Source: Geosiphon pyriformis uo1
Lineage: Eukaryota > Fungi > Glomeromycota
NCBI GenBank assembly: GCA_016748015.1
Contig: JAAOMT010000543.1
Location: forward strand, 310,001-374,000
Length of the DNA stretch: 64,000 nt
Direction: 5' to 3'
Numbering within the stretch: position 1 is the first letter of the stretch; each line of letters opens with the position of its first letter. A program made the translations under genes and the position numbers. The notes below the pieces were generated by a model. The model made no database searches. It had not been told where the DNA came from and worked only from the letters and a program-made list of their open reading frames with translations. Below are positions 14,391 through 29,178 of this stretch, piece after piece.

Positions 14391-14958
14391 TGAATAATTT
14401 TTACTAGACACTCATAATGAAAAACTGTGTTAATCTTGAATGTCTGAATAATTAATGAATAATTAAAGAATAATTAAAGAATAATTAAAGAATAATTAGA
14501 ATATATTTGAAACATGAGAAATTCATTAAAAAGTGAATAAGCTTATTTTCAGGAAGTTTAATCTAACTAATTTTAGGGAAATTGGTCTCAATTGAACCCA
14601 TGTGGTGTGATAAACAGACACGGCTACTTCCAAAAAAAACCTCTTTGATGATTAATAATCAATCAATTAATCAAATTCATTTTAACACTTTTGGTTAAAA
14701 CGAATGACCTGATTTTAAAGATTTTTGGACTTTTAAATACGCTCCAAGTTTCACTCAAAATAGTCGATTTTTAATTTTCTTAAAGAGATAAAAATAGAAT
14801 TTTATGCAATTCTGTTTCCTGTGTCTAAATCGAGATCGATCTAGGGAACTGGTCTGTGGGTCTACGCATTTCGTGATTACAAAAAAATCTTTACAAGTCT
14901 AGACGTGAAAATATTAAACCTCACGATCTTTTATTCTCCGTTCGGAAAAGAAAGTTGC

Positions 14959-14994
<36 letters not shown>

Positions 14995-17285
14995 GATGAT
15001 GAGAATTTTAAAAAATTATTTTCTGATTATTTAATACAGTGTACAGTAAAAAAAACTCCCTAAATTTTGGCATTAACCCAAATATTAAAAAAGTATTTGA
15101 ACACAGAGCTACAATATTATTCAAAAGAGAGACTTTAACCGGATTTTTAGGAAAACTTTCCTAATCATTTTAAATATACAACCCTTTTTTTACGTGAAAG
15201 AAGGTAACTTAAAAAGGATAAAGGTAATTTCAATATTAATATTTTATATGGTTGTATGTTAAAATTATCTATTATTTATAAATTGGATAATGATCTCAAT
15301 TATTAAAATAAGACTTATTATATCTATATTTTTTGGGAGTTTATTTGTCAAGTAACATCAATAAAATTTTTAGTTTCTTATATAATTTATTTTAGAAAAA
15401 TTTAAAATAAATCTTTAATATTCTATTGGAAAAACTATAATATATGCAAAAAAAAAAAAAAAAAATTTATGAAAATACTAACCCAAATTTGTTTATCATT
15501 TTAATTTTAATTTATTACTCGAATTTGCTTGTTAATTTATTTGTTTGTTAGTTTGTTTATTGATTTATTCATTTTTTTTTTTTTTAGAAAAATATTTTAC
15601 AATTCAAGCAGACTAATTCAAAAAAGTATTAATTGCTTCTATTAAAGTGAATATTATTAAAAAAAATTTCTTCTATATACAAAAACAAAAACCAAAAACA
15701 AATTTTTATATAAATAAATATTTAATCAAATAAATGATTTTAATTTTGAAAAAAAAATTTAAAAAATCACATTTAAATAATAAATAAATTAAATACAGAT
15801 CATTGATTAATATCATTAATCAAGTAAAATAAAATAAATAAAAATACATTGATTAATTTTAATTATACTAATTTTTTAATTTTATTTATTAATTATTTGA
15901 TAAACAATTTATCATAAATTTATTTGTTTTAAATTAAAAAATTTTTATCTAAAAATATTAATAAATTTATCAATTTTTAAAAATTATTTTTTGTTTAATT
16001 GAATTTTTTGAAATTTTATACTTTTAAAATTATTTGCATTTTGATAATTTCACAAAATTAAATCTTTTATTATTAATAAATATTTAACTAAAATTAAGAT
16101 TGATGACAAAATTACACAAATAAAATTAAATTTTTTGTATTTTTTTTTTGAAATCTCTTGCATACATTTTTTGGTCATATACTTAAATAAAAAATATATA
16201 TAGGGAAATATTTACAATATTTTTTGTTTTAACAAGCTGTCAAATTGATATTGCATTAGATATTCGGGATAACTGCAAGTAATATTATGAAAGATGTTAA
16301 AAGGAATTTTTGGGCGTTTTTTTCGTAACAGCAAACAAAAAAAAAATTTCGGATAATAATGTAAAGAAATTTTTTTTGTGGATCTGAAAATGATTTAAAA
16401 GCAACTGATACCAAAGACCTTGAAATTTTGTGAACGTCGTACATTAATATTTTGATGTTTTGTTGACAGTTTTTTTTTTAAAAAAAAAAGTAACATTATC
16501 AAATTTAAATTTTCTAAACAAAATTACGAGTTGCAGGTTTTTTGTATAAAGAAAATATATATTAAAAAAGAAAACGTTTTCTTTAAACCTTTTTTTTTTT
16601 TCAGATTAATAATTGTGAAAACTTTTACTACCAATAAAAAAATCTAAAAAAAAGGTAGATTGAAACTCAATAAAAAAAAACCTTAAAGACTCTACTATTA
16701 ATTATTTATTAGTAAATTTTTGATATATGGAATTTAAAAAAAATTTTTTTTTCATTCATTTTTAAAATATTTTTGATTTAAATATGTCTCATTAGGATTG
16801 ATCATATTTGTTGAGTGACATATGTCAAAAGATTTCATCTTTATAATTTCCTTATTGATTTATGTATTTAATTAATTAATTAATTAATTAAAATGAAGAG
16901 TTTTTTGTGTTAATATTTATTTGATGGTAAATATTTCAAAGTTAACTGGTCGTTTAGTACATGTGTCAACGCGCGCGCGCGTCATTAGCCCTAAAGATGA
17001 TTATGCAGATACAAATGTAAAAGTACGCCTCACATAAGATTAATCATGATAGTTTTTTTTCTGTATTTCGAGGTTTTGGTGCTACACATGTGGTAAAACA
17101 CATTTGAAAACATTTTCCTCAAATATTATTTTATTTGGCTTCAAAAAGTATCACCTATTTTTTAAGTAAAATATTGTAGAATTATGTTTTAAATTTTTTG
17201 TGTTATATAGGGTTCAGTTAGGTAAAATGAATTTGGAACTAAGTTAAAAAATTATTCTCAATCACTCATTCATTCATTCATTCAC

Positions 17286-17287
<2 letters not shown>

Positions 17288-17347
<60 letters not shown>

Positions 17348-17533
17348 NNNNNNNNNNNNNNNNNNNNNNNNNNNNNNNNNNNNNNNNNNNNNNNNNNNNN
17401 NNNNNNNNNNNNNNNNNNNNNNNNNNNNNNNNNNNNNNNNNNNNNNNNNNNNNNNNNNNNNNNNNNNNNNNNNNNNNNNNNNNNNNNNNNNNNNNNNNNN
17501 NNNNNNNNNNNNNNNNNNNNNNNNNNNNNNNNN

Positions 17534-17582
<49 letters not shown>
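17288..17582. repeat. (CT)n microsatellite, assembly gap (17348-17533) and poly(A)
   Basis: Read directly. Confidence 0.95.
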
Positions 17583-17584
<2 letters not shown>

Positions 17585-20500
17585 TTTCGATTACAAAACA
17601 CTAGAGAAACCCAATTTTTTGAAACCATTCCTTAATATTAATCAGAATTAAGGAGGAGAAATCATCTGGTTATCTATGGCTTCACGATCGCTAAAAACCC
17701 CTTTGATAGACAAATTGCTTTTAATTTAAAAAAAAAGTTATGGGTACTATTCAGGGTTTAATTCTACAAGTGATGATCATGGTAACACATAAAAGACTGG
17801 AATATTTTTTAAACGGGTAAAAATAAGAAGACCCTGAAGCAAACACGAGTTAAAAAACAATGCAACCCTAAATTTAATCAGCCCATGAAGATACACAACA
17901 TTCAAATAAAAATTATTAGAATTTTAATCTTGATTTTTAACTGCCGTAAAAACCAAATAGCCTTTTAACCCCTTTTAAACCTTAATCTCAAACTAGTAAA
18001 AATAGGTTTTCACTTCCCGAAGTTTAGGATAAATTTTTGATGATGATTCAGGGTAAAGAAATGAAAAATGAACCTTGCTCCTCCCCCCCCTTTTTTTTAC
18101 AGACTTATCATGAATCTCCTTACCACCCTTAGGTTCAAAAAATGTGAACCAACTAGCTAAAAATTTTTAGTTTAAATCCAAACTCAATACTCTCGGGTTT
18201 CCCTAGAAAATACACAGTAAAGGATAGAAAAAGTTTTTGCTCATTCTCAAGTTAGGATAAACATTTTGAAATGCTGGCGTTCCAAAAATATAACAGTACT
18301 TAATCAAAACTAAAGCAAAAATGCAGGAACCAATCTTGATTGTCTATTTTTATAATATTCAACCTGAAAAAGCTTTCTAGACGACAACTAATTGGACTTT
18401 TAATAAAGTTTGTAATTTAACCGAACATGAGAAAAGTTACACAAAATCAAAGCTTTTCTTGTTGATTATCAAAGTTTTTATCAAACTCTGTCAAAATGAT
18501 GATAAAAAAATAATTATTGAATCATTTCACTCTCATTTTTAGAAGAGTCAGTTTTTTGAACATATATTATCAGAACTATTGAAAAAAACAAAAAATTAAC
18601 AGAAAAATCGAAATCAATATTCTTCAAAATTGATGTCTCTCACCCCTCACCACTCACCCCTCACCCCCTCCCATATTTAATTTCTGGGAACATGAACAAA
18701 TTTTACCGAAAAATTTTAAATATTTAAAGACAAACAATCAACGATGATTTTGGGTTTATGATTAAACACCAATTTTGGTATCTTGGTGACAATTATTTTC
18801 CCGTTTTGTCACTTGAAAGAAATCAAGTAATATTAAGGTGGCTTGTAAATGTGTACAAAAACTTTATGTCCTAATTATCTAAAAATTTATGCACATTCGG
18901 TTATATAATATGGGTAACAAGAACCAGCCAAACAATGTTTGGAAATCAATGATAACGGTTCACAATATTTTAATCTAAAAGAGATTAAAATTTAAAGGAA
19001 AGCGAAATAATGCAATAAGTAACAGATTATAGGTTAACTTTATCTACTGGTAACTAAGGAGGGGGGGGGGGGGGAAAAATATCGGATGGTTTTTTTAAAA
19101 TATCGAGACCCAAAAAAATATACGTTAAACCGAAAAAATAAAAAGAAATTTTTAGATACAGACCCAAATTCGAGAAATCTTGAATCAATCATGATCGTGC
19201 GTAACCTATCAAAACTTGAGCTTTTTGAAAATAAAAAAAATAAAAAAAAAAACCAGTTATTTTTGTTTTCACAAAGTTGAACCTTAAAATGAAAATTTTC
19301 GAAATAACATTAAATGTAATTAATCCTAATCTTTTAAAACCTTAATAGCCTGATTTTTAGAATTTGATAAAAGATTAATAATAAAAAATTTAAAATTTAA
19401 AATTTAAAATAATTTTTTTATTTTTAAGAAAAGTTTCCTAATACATACATTATAATTGGAATATTTCAATACAAACAACAAATTATTAAACCTTAAAAAT
19501 TAAAAAAGAAAATAAAAGAAAAATATTAATTTTTTTTTTACTTATTAACAATAATGTGAATATAATTTTGAAACAAGTTTTTATCATTTATATATGAAAC
19601 TAAAGAAAATAAATTTATCTAGAACACTATAAAAGATTCTTTTCTAATCAATATACGTACAAATCAGTTAGAAAAAATAAAAAGTTATTAAAACCTTTTG
19701 AACCTAAATTCAATAATATCCACTTGCATAAATGGTTATGCAGCAATTTTAGGTTCCTCAAACCATTTGAGTTTGATCTTTGAATCTCCTACTCTGTTGT
19801 AGATTTTTCATTCTGTGTATTATCAAACATTCTGTCAAACTAACGTAAAAGAAATTTTTAGAATATTCATTCATTGAAATACTTTAGAAACCGTTGCTTA
19901 TCAAATTACTTTTTTTAATAGTTCGATTTATTCAAAATCTAGATTCATAATTCATAGAAATTTGAGATGAAAAAAATCCATTCCCCCATTCCTTATGCAT
20001 TTCTTGAAATGGAGAGTCCTTGTAAATTACTATGTTTGTTTGAAAAAATATCTTCGTATCGATGCACATTTCTTGTTGTTGTTTTTGTTGTTAACCTTTT
20101 TAAAAGGTTTTATTTGTTCTTCACCAATTTTCATTTATCATAAAACCGATGTTACCTAATTGAGCAAGAATGGACAGTTAATTCCGATTTTGAAGGTTTT
20201 GATAATTTGGATGGTTTGCTTTCTATAGCTTTTGAACTGTCAAAGATTAAGGTAACTTTGAATCATATACAAGTTATGGAAATTCTGCCCTTAAATGTAC
20301 CATGAATGTCGGTCAGTTAAATTCTCCATCATGATCCCATAGAGAAGCGTTTTAGGAAAAAATTGTCCATTGAAAGATATGAGAGGCATGCAATCCGATA
20401 GGAGTTGGTTAATCCGAAGTGATTATCCAGCTACATGCATCTGCCATTTATTTAAAATGAATGAATGAATGAATGAATGAAATATCTTCTTTATGTGAAA

Positions 20501-20973
20501 CAAGAATTTAATGATTGATGAATACCCCGGTTTTAAGTTTGGACAGATTCTGGGGAAAAATCTTTTTTTTTTTTTCTTAAAATTTTACTAATATTTTTAA
20601 AGTAAACATACCAACTTTTCCATGATTACTCTCAATTTAAGAAGAAAACTTCTGGGGAAATGATCGGACGAACGGCAGCAGGTCTGTGTGCTTGTTTTTT
20701 TTTTAAATCTAAAAAAATTTTCTCGTCTAGCCTTTTCGATTCAGAGAAAGAATTTTTGCGTGAAAATTTTCTTATTGGTGTTCCTTTCAGGGAAGATTTA
20801 ATTGCTATACTTAGGATTTCTATGGGAATCAAATATCAAAAATAATTTTTCTTCAGTATAGTGGCCTTCGTTAAAAGTGGCTGTGAAACAAGGTTAATTT
20901 CGTAATATTTTTGTGCCCAAGGGAACTTTGTACAAAAATAGACTTTTTGACTATGTTGTAACTGATGAGTTTT

Positions 20974-20993
20974 TTTCTTTCTTTCTTCTTTCT

Positions 20994-21030
<37 letters not shown>

Positions 21031-21082
21031 TTTCTTTCTTCTTATTCTTTCTTCTTTCTTTCTTCTTATTCTTTCTTTCTTT
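20974..21082. repeat. degenerate (TTTC/TTC)n polypyrimidine tract
   Basis: Read directly. Confidence 0.9.
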
Positions 21083-22149
21083 GATGTGACCTGAAGTGTT
21101 TAATGAACTAGTATATCTTCGTTTTGCAGATGATCATAAATTAAGAGAAACCTATTAAAAATATCTAAAAGTTGACACTTCCTTATTAAAAATTTCAATC
21201 ACCAGGAGTAGTATCAACAATGGTTCCGATATTTGGATTATTAGTTTTGAATAAGAGTGCTAGTGTTTTTTTCCAAAAAAGTATTGAATAGCCAAAAATT
21301 TGGCCTTTTGATGTTGAATCTCAAGTGATCGTCACGATTTTTATTTGAATATAGCAGCGTGTAATCTGAAAAACAAAGCTTTTTAGTCAACAATATCATA
21401 GCAAAAAGTTTTGTAAAGAAACTGGCACAAATTTTATCCATACAAGGTTGGAAACATTACTCCCGATCTTTTACAAAGTTCGTATTTGAAGCAATCAGAA
21501 GTTTTAAAGCTAAAAATATACAATTTAAGGAATTTTTCTATTCATCAAAGCATAATAATTAATTAATTAATTAATTGAAGAATAAATTCAGCTTGAAATT
21601 CATGTGTGGGAAAAATTTTAGCCAATGAGTGACATTTAAAGAGATCTGACGAAATTTTAATGGGTATTGTTGTTTAAAGAGTATAATTTTATGTGCCTTG
21701 CAAATTTTTTAAACAAGATGAACAATGTAGATTGTATTGGAATTGTTTTATAGCCATCTTTGAGAAATACTGATGGAGAAAGAGTAGCATGTTCAGTTAG
21801 AAGAATAGTAGTCTGTTTCAGGCAGAGAGATTTTATGTTTAATTTTTTTAAAAAAGTAAAGTATTTTTTAGTATATTGTCCATTTTTTCTAGGATATTCG
21901 ATATTCGATTTCGAACGAGAAACTCCCAAGAAATGAATAGAATATCCAATTAAGATCTATATGGATGATAAAATTTAAGAATCAATAATCGTTTCACTCA
22001 ACTGCCTCTAATAACTTCAAGTTTAACCTATATTTGAAACAAAATAACATATTAAGCCTAACGAAAATTTTTGAACTCTTTGGAAGTCATGCCTATAAAA
22101 AATAATTTAATTTGTGATTAGGATTTTGTGATGAAATATAAATATTACA

Positions 22150-23793
22150 ATTATTAATACAAAAATTAATAATAATATTGAAAATAGAGGATTAGTCGGT
22201 TTTATTGAGAAAAATATATTGTGAAGTTAGGTTATTAAGAAAAACAGTTAATAGAATGTTTTTTTTTCAAATTTTGCCAATTACCCTTGAAAAAACTCCA
22301 AAAATGACAAAAGAAAAACTCTAAAAACAAAAATTTATAATTAAATTTGTTTTAAAACTTTACAGAATAATTACAAATAACTTTAATTATTACAATTAAT
22401 TTAAATAAATATACTTTTTTAAATATTGAGAACTTATTTAATAAAAACAAATGAAATTGGATATCCTGTTTACAAATTAAATATATTTAATATTAATTTG
22501 TTTTTAAAATTATCCATTGTGAAAATTTTTTAAAAAAAAACCATCCAGATTGATAATTTTTAATCCATAAAAAAAAATTGTTTTTTTTTGCCATTTACTA
22601 CGTAATTTATGTCATCACGCAATTTTTATTTTTTGTTTGACCATTAATTGTCGATTATATTATTGAAAATTAGATAGCTAAACATCATAAGATGAATTGG
22701 TGCCACGTATCAAATTAGATTAATAAGTTTTTATATTAAAATTAATATACATTTAATCATATAGAATTTTTTTTAATATTTTAATAAATAAAATAAGGTT
22801 TTCTCTGATATAAAATTAGAAACCTTATTACTCGATCTTTAAACTTTTAATTAATAATTCTTAATTAATTTAATTGCTACTTTAATATTTTTATTGTTTA
22901 TATTCATTTAGGGTATTCATAAAAATGTCAAAATTTATAATCTAACGATATTTTTTGTTAATTTAAATAATAGTTCTTCAAACTATTTATTTGTTGAATT
23001 AAATTATTAAATCATACTTAAATATATAAATTAATAATTTTATGTTTAATATTTTTAATTAAACTTGAACTATTTTATAAAATAAAAAAAAAAAATTTAT
23101 CAAGTTTTAAATCTTTATTTTACCAATTTAAACACTTGTAACATTATATTTGAAAATTATTATCTTCAATTCAATGTTTGGAATACATATAAATAATAAT
23201 TTATTGATTTTTTTAAACAAAATATTTTTATGATTTTATTATTTTAAAAAATACTTAAAAGTTATATTATTATTATTATTATTATTACTATTTATTTTTT
23301 ATTATTGAATTTGTAAACTAATTATTTGCTTGTTACTTGTTATATAAAAAATATAATTTAAATATTTAGAAAACTATTATTGAAAAATTTATTCTAAAGA
23401 TTTTTTTTTAGTTTTTAGTTAATTATTTTTTAATTGACAAATATTATTTTTCAGTCAACTTATTTATTTTTTGTTCACTTATTACTAATTGATTTTAATT
23501 ATTATTATGAATTTTTTGTTATATTAAATATAATTTTTTACAATTTTTAATATAATACATATTTAATTATAAATGTAAAATTATCAACTTTTATATGTAA
23601 TTAACCACTTAAATTTAATAAAAATATACAATATTGTTATAAATAAAACTTTTTTGTTATTCTATTTATAATATTTATTTTTAATTATGTTTAATTTACA
23701 ATTAATTATAATAATTAAATTACTTATTTAAATTATTATTAAGAATATTTTGTTTTTTGGTTTTTTTGTTATTATACTGTTTTAAAAAAATAA

Positions 23794-23828
<35 letters not shown>

Positions 23829-26800
23829 ATTAGCCAATTAAATATTAGTATTATAAATATTATAATAACAAAAATTTTAAGAATATTAAAAATAACTGCA
23901 AAATAATTAAGAAATAATTAAAAATACCAAAAATAATTTACAAATAATAATAGCTAACAAAAAAAAATTAGAAAATTAAAAAATTAAAAACTATTTTTAT
24001 TTTTGGTTTAATAATATTTTTATTAAAAATATTATTAAATTATTAATTTTTGGTTATTATTATATCTATTTATATTATTTTTTATTAACAAATATTCAAA
24101 ACATAATTACTAATTTTATTATATTAAATTAATATCTTTTAATTATAATTAATATTTATTTTTTTGTTATTTGTTTTATTATAAAATTTATTAATTGAAA
24201 AAATAGTATTAAAAATATAATATTATAAATAATTTAATAAAAAATATATATTCTAAATATATAATAAACTTATTAAAATTTGATAATTTATTAAAAAAGT
24301 AAAAAACACTAAAATAAATTTATAAAAAAAATTAAGTATTAAAAACATTAAATTATTAAATATTTGTTTTTTATATCAAAAATTCTATTGACTAACTTTT
24401 AAATTTATTAATTATATAATAATATTAATTACTTAAAAAATAATTGTAATAATATTAAATTTTTGGCTAATATTATATAAACACTAATTTAACTTAATAA
24501 TCATAGTATTAAAAATAATATAATTAAAACTTTAAACAATAATTTTTATTTATATACATAATTATTAATAATTTATAACTTTTAATTAAGAAACTATAAT
24601 TTTTTTAATTATATTTAACAGTTTTTATACAAAGTTTTTATTAAGTTTATATAGTAATAAAAATAATTTTTCATTATTTTTATTTTTATTAAGTAAATTG
24701 AATTAATAAGAATTTAATGTGTGAATTAATCTTATAAATATCTTAATTGTTATTTTTTTTAAAAAATAAAAATATTTTATATTATTAACAAATTTTTAAA
24801 TTTAAAAAAACAAAATTATTTATCTTTTATGTAATAAAATTTTTTACTTTCATTTGAATAAATTCTGTAATTAAAGACTATTTAATAGTTATATATAAGT
24901 ATTTTATGTTGACATTGAAAAAAATTTTGTAAACCGAAATAAAACAAAATAAGATGAATCTTTTTATTGAAACACACAAATAATAATAAAAGTTATTTAA
25001 TGCTTTAAAATATTTTTTTACAGCTTTTAGAAATTTTATTTATATATTTAAATTGAAAAATTAATAACCAAAGTTAATGATTGAGTTAAAAATTTAGGCA
25101 AAAATCAAATTATTAATCAAATTAATAAGTAAGTTAATGGCTAAGATAAATAATATTAATGGTTAATACATAATCAAATAAAAAATAAAATTATAAAGTT
25201 TATTAATGTAAAAATTTAATCATAATCATGTAAAATATTGTTTTTTAATATAATTATTACTTAATGTAATTTTTATTATTTAAAAATTTATAATATATTA
25301 TTTCAATTAACATTTTACAAAAAAACACAAAAGAATAATTAAAATAAAAATACATTAAAATTATTAATATTATGCTAAAATATTTTCAAAATCGTTAAAA
25401 TATTATATCAATAAATATTTTAATGAATTTTTAAAAACAAATAATTTGAAATAAAAGTAATTTTTGTTGCTTTAAAAAATATAGATTATATATATATATA
25501 TATATTAATATAATAATGATCGCTAAATAATATACTCTAATTAATTTATTTTTCATAAATAGTGTATTCTCAAAAAGTAAAATCTTTTTGTAATTATCTA
25601 TAATTTATCATATTTATTTCAACTACTTTCACAAAGGGTGGTCCAACTACTATCTATGGACATCTAGCGAAAAATTAGCACATAATAAAAGTAGTCTAGA
25701 TGCATATTTAAAAATATCTAATTTATTTAATCATATTAAGATTCTAATGTTATTTTAATAATGGCTAATTTAAATTCATAATAAATCAAGAATCAGCTTA
25801 ATTATTTTTCTGTTTAAAGATTGATAAAACATATTGAAATTCTATTTTAATTTAGTGAAATTATTTTTAACTCAAAGTTTTAGCAATGAAAAAATTTTTT
25901 ATAAATTTTTTGAAATGTAATAAATTTTTTATTAAATATATTCTAATTTAATTTTAAAAAATTTTTGAATATTTTTTATTTTTTAAACAGATAAACATAT
26001 TAATATTTTATTAAATTCACAAATTTTTTCTATTAATTTTTGATGTCCCATATTTAGCAATTTTTTTTTAGAATTAATTTGTTTCTTAATCAATAACTTA
26101 ATTATTGATTTAATTATTAACTCAATCATTAATTTTTTAACTTAATAATTAAATTGTTTAATTATCTTTTTATTAAACTATAGAAAATTATTGAAAAATA
26201 ATCAAATTTAATTTAATTAATTAACTTTTTTCTTTCGATTGAAGTTAATTTAATACATGTTTGAATTTGTATTTGTTAAAATTAACTTACAAATTAAAAA
26301 ATATATTCTGGTTTTAAAAATATAACAGTTACTTAATCTTAAAAACCTTAATAAAAATATAAAATTATAGTAGTTGTATTATTTTTTATTGGTAATTATA
26401 GATTATTATTTTAGTTTTTGATGCAATTTTTTAATTAAAGTCATATATTCAAACAAAAAAATATAACTTAAATGTGACTTGCTATTATATTATTTACAAA
26501 TAAACTTGTATAATTATTTTTATTATTTTTATCATTTTTGTAATATAAATAACAAATGTTTTTTGAATTATAATCATTTGAACAATAAAATTTAAATTTA
26601 AATTAAATTAAATAAATTTTGCTAAACCAATCTGTGGTTAATATTAAAATTAATTTCTATTTCAAAAAGAAATTTTTAAAAATATAAAATAAATACATTT
26701 AAAAAATTAAAATTTTAATTAAATAGTTCAAACAGACAACTTGAAACAAAATTGAAAATTAAATTTAATAAAGAAATTAATAGCAAATTGTATAATAAAA

Positions 26801-27340
26801 TTTAAAAAATTGCAAGTTTTGTTTTTAAAACTTAAAAAGCTAAAACTGTAACTTTATTTTTTTTATATTAAAAATCCAAAAAATTATTGGCAATTATATA
26901 AATAATTTAAACTTAATATATATGAATTGTAAATATTCTATTACTGATTTTAAATTTATTAATAATATTTAAAACATTTGTTTAATGTTTTTGAAATATT
27001 TACTATTTTAAAAAGATTCATAATTTCTTTGTTTTTAATATTGTTTGGAGAATTTAAGGATAAATATATAATATAAATAAAGAAAAAAATGAATCTTGTA
27101 AAAAAATTGTCCTTAAATATTTTATTAAACTTGAATGAAAATTTTTAATTTTGTTCAAGTAAGTTTTGAGTTTTTAATAAAACATAAAAAATTCCAAGTA
27201 AAGCTGTAAATATTGATTTTCAATATAAATAACTTACACTTAAAATCAAAAAACTCTTACCTATTAATAACATATTAAATAATTTTGATATAAATTTTAT
27301 ATTTATTAAAATTAATTATAATCATTTTAAAAATACCACA
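22150..27340. mobile_element. extremely AT-rich, CpG-poor tract; probable heavily mutated transposon relic
   Basis: About 5 kb with no ORF in the supplied track and very few G/C. TE origin is inferred from composition only. Confidence 0.35.
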
Positions 27341-27465
27341 TATAACCTAATTGCTTAGACACATTTGTCGGGCAAGTGTATGACTGAGTTAAAGTTGCCG
27401 GTTTCAACAGTTTTTAAAAATAAATAATTGACACCCATAGAAACAAATTATGCATAATCACAATT

Positions 27466-28965
27466 CTAATCATCTAATTCTATTTGTTTCTTTAATAATG
27501 CAAATGTTTTGATCTCCTGAGATATGTGTGGGCACCTATGTAAATTTATGTGTTTGAGAGATTTAGGGCAGGAATCGATATAACTTTTAAAAGCCACGTT
27601 GCTAAATATCCAATGATTTTGATAGGATAACGAGATAAAAAGTGAACCAAGGTTTCTTGGTATATTTTGTGCTAATTTATAAAGAAACTCATCATCAAGC
27701 TCTTGGTAAATCGTAAAGTTAACTTTTCGAAGATTGGTACAAATCCGAAGAATGGCAAATGCTTCATCTTTGCTGATTTCACTTAGTTGTAAATTTTGAA
27801 GATTCTCACCTCCATTCTCAATAATCAAGTCCAAAAGCACATGTATTTCTGGAAAATAACGTGTTCCCCAATCGAGCTGCAAGGTATGAAGAGTTGAAGC
27901 TGAATATTTTAAAATATTTTTAATGAACTCAGTAGGGCAAATGAGATTATGTATCATGTTCATGATGTATCGGTTTTTGAACTCGAAAATCCTTAATTTT
28001 TGAAAACTTGTCGAGAGTTTAATCAATTTTGATATAGCGAGGTTGGAACAATCAAGGAGACAAAGTTCTTTCAGCTGTATGCAAAGTCCAATTGTTTTGA
28101 TTGCCGAGGGAGGAAGCTTTTCAAAATCAATATAGCATAAAGACAATCGAGATAGCGTTTCAGCAAATCGTCCTAACGCAATCAGAGAAAGTGGAGCAGA
28201 TTGGTGCAATAAGCTGAATTCAAATTTTTTTAGCCTATTCTGGTTCATCAATAACTGACCGAAAATAGTTTCATCTTCTATTGAGCTTGCTGAAAATTCT
28301 ACTTTTTCTATACTTGAGCATAGAGACGTAAGGGCAGCTAGTAGTTGAATTTTGTGTTTTTGCAATGTCCGACGCCCAACATTAAATGATCGAATATTCA
28401 AAAGCGTACAATTTTGATTATTTTTTGAAATTTCATGGCCAAGAATATCTATTAATCGATTATAAAACTTTTCTCTGATTGCTTTTGGAGCTGTTACACT
28501 GGTAAAAACTGTCAACTCATATAAGTTGCTGGATCTTTCGAAGAGCATTTTGAGAATTTCTTGGAGGATTAATAAATGTCTCCTTTCGCTTTCTTGTAAT
28601 ACGTTTGGCGTATAATGGATCAAACTTCCGTCAATCACCGGTAAACGACATGTGAATTCAACTAGATTATCAAACGGCAATTGTTGAAGGAAGGAAGCGT
28701 AGTCAAAGGTTGCTTGAGCTTTAGGGCACGAAATTGAATTCCACTGAAGCAAGCTCTTTGAAGATTCCGGTAGGCACGCTTTCAAAGTTGTCATTACATT
28801 TTCTGAAAATTTGGAATCAATAATCGTTAACGTATTTCGCCATAAAATTGGTGCGACAGATTTACACCAGAATCTGTTCACGAAAAGGCAAGAAAAAAGA
28901 TCTTTTATATCCTGAAGATATTCAAAGACACCTTGCAATGATTCGGGCGGTAGTTCAGAAGACAT
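27466..28965 (-). CDS. F-box/leucine-rich-repeat (RNI-like) protein, 499 aa
   Basis: N-terminal F-box LPPESLQGVFEYL...LFSCLFVNRFWCKSVAPILW, a FDYASFLQQL motif, then LRR-like repeats (LKELCLLDC, LHTLQL, LKHINLHRCPHIS); intronless. Confidence 0.92.
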   Translation of the reverse strand: MSSELPPESLQGVFEYLQDIKDLFSCLFVNRFWCKSVAPILWRNTLTIIDSKFSENVMTTLKACLPESSKSLLQWNSISCPKAQATFDYASFLQQLPFDNLVEFTCRLPVIDGSLIHYTPNVLQESERRHLLILQEILKMLFERSSNLYELTVFTSVTAPKAIREKFYNRLIDILGHEISKNNQNCTLLNIRSFNVGRRTLQKHKIQLLAALTSLCSSIEKVEFSASSIEDETIFGQLLMNQNRLKKFEFSLLHQSAPLSLIALGRFAETLSRLSLCYIDFEKLPPSAIKTIGLCIQLKELCLLDCSNLAISKLIKLSTSFQKLRIFEFKNRYIMNMIHNLICPTEFIKNILKYSASTLHTLQLDWGTRYFPEIHVLLDLIIENGGENLQNLQLSEISKDEAFAILRICTNLRKVNFTIYQELDDEFLYKLAQNIPRNLGSLFISLSYQNHWIFSNVAFKSYIDSCPKSLKHINLHRCPHISQEIKTFALLKKQIELDD

Positions 28966-29178
28966 TTGCAGATATTATGGCTAAGTTTGTATTTGTCAGG
29001 TTTGAGATCGCAAGAATTATCGAATTAAACATTTAACGAATCAATGGGATGACAAAACACCCTTTATTGGCGATTTTGCCTTATTAGATAGGATCTTCGT
29101 TTAATTGTAGACACACAATTACTTATTGAAATACTCAAAAAATACCGAAATTTTAATAACAAAAACTTTGTACATATA

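Noticed and set aside
19700-21960. coding-like patches and short ORFs
   Set aside because: Stops in all frames checked and no recognisable motif or consistent splice model.
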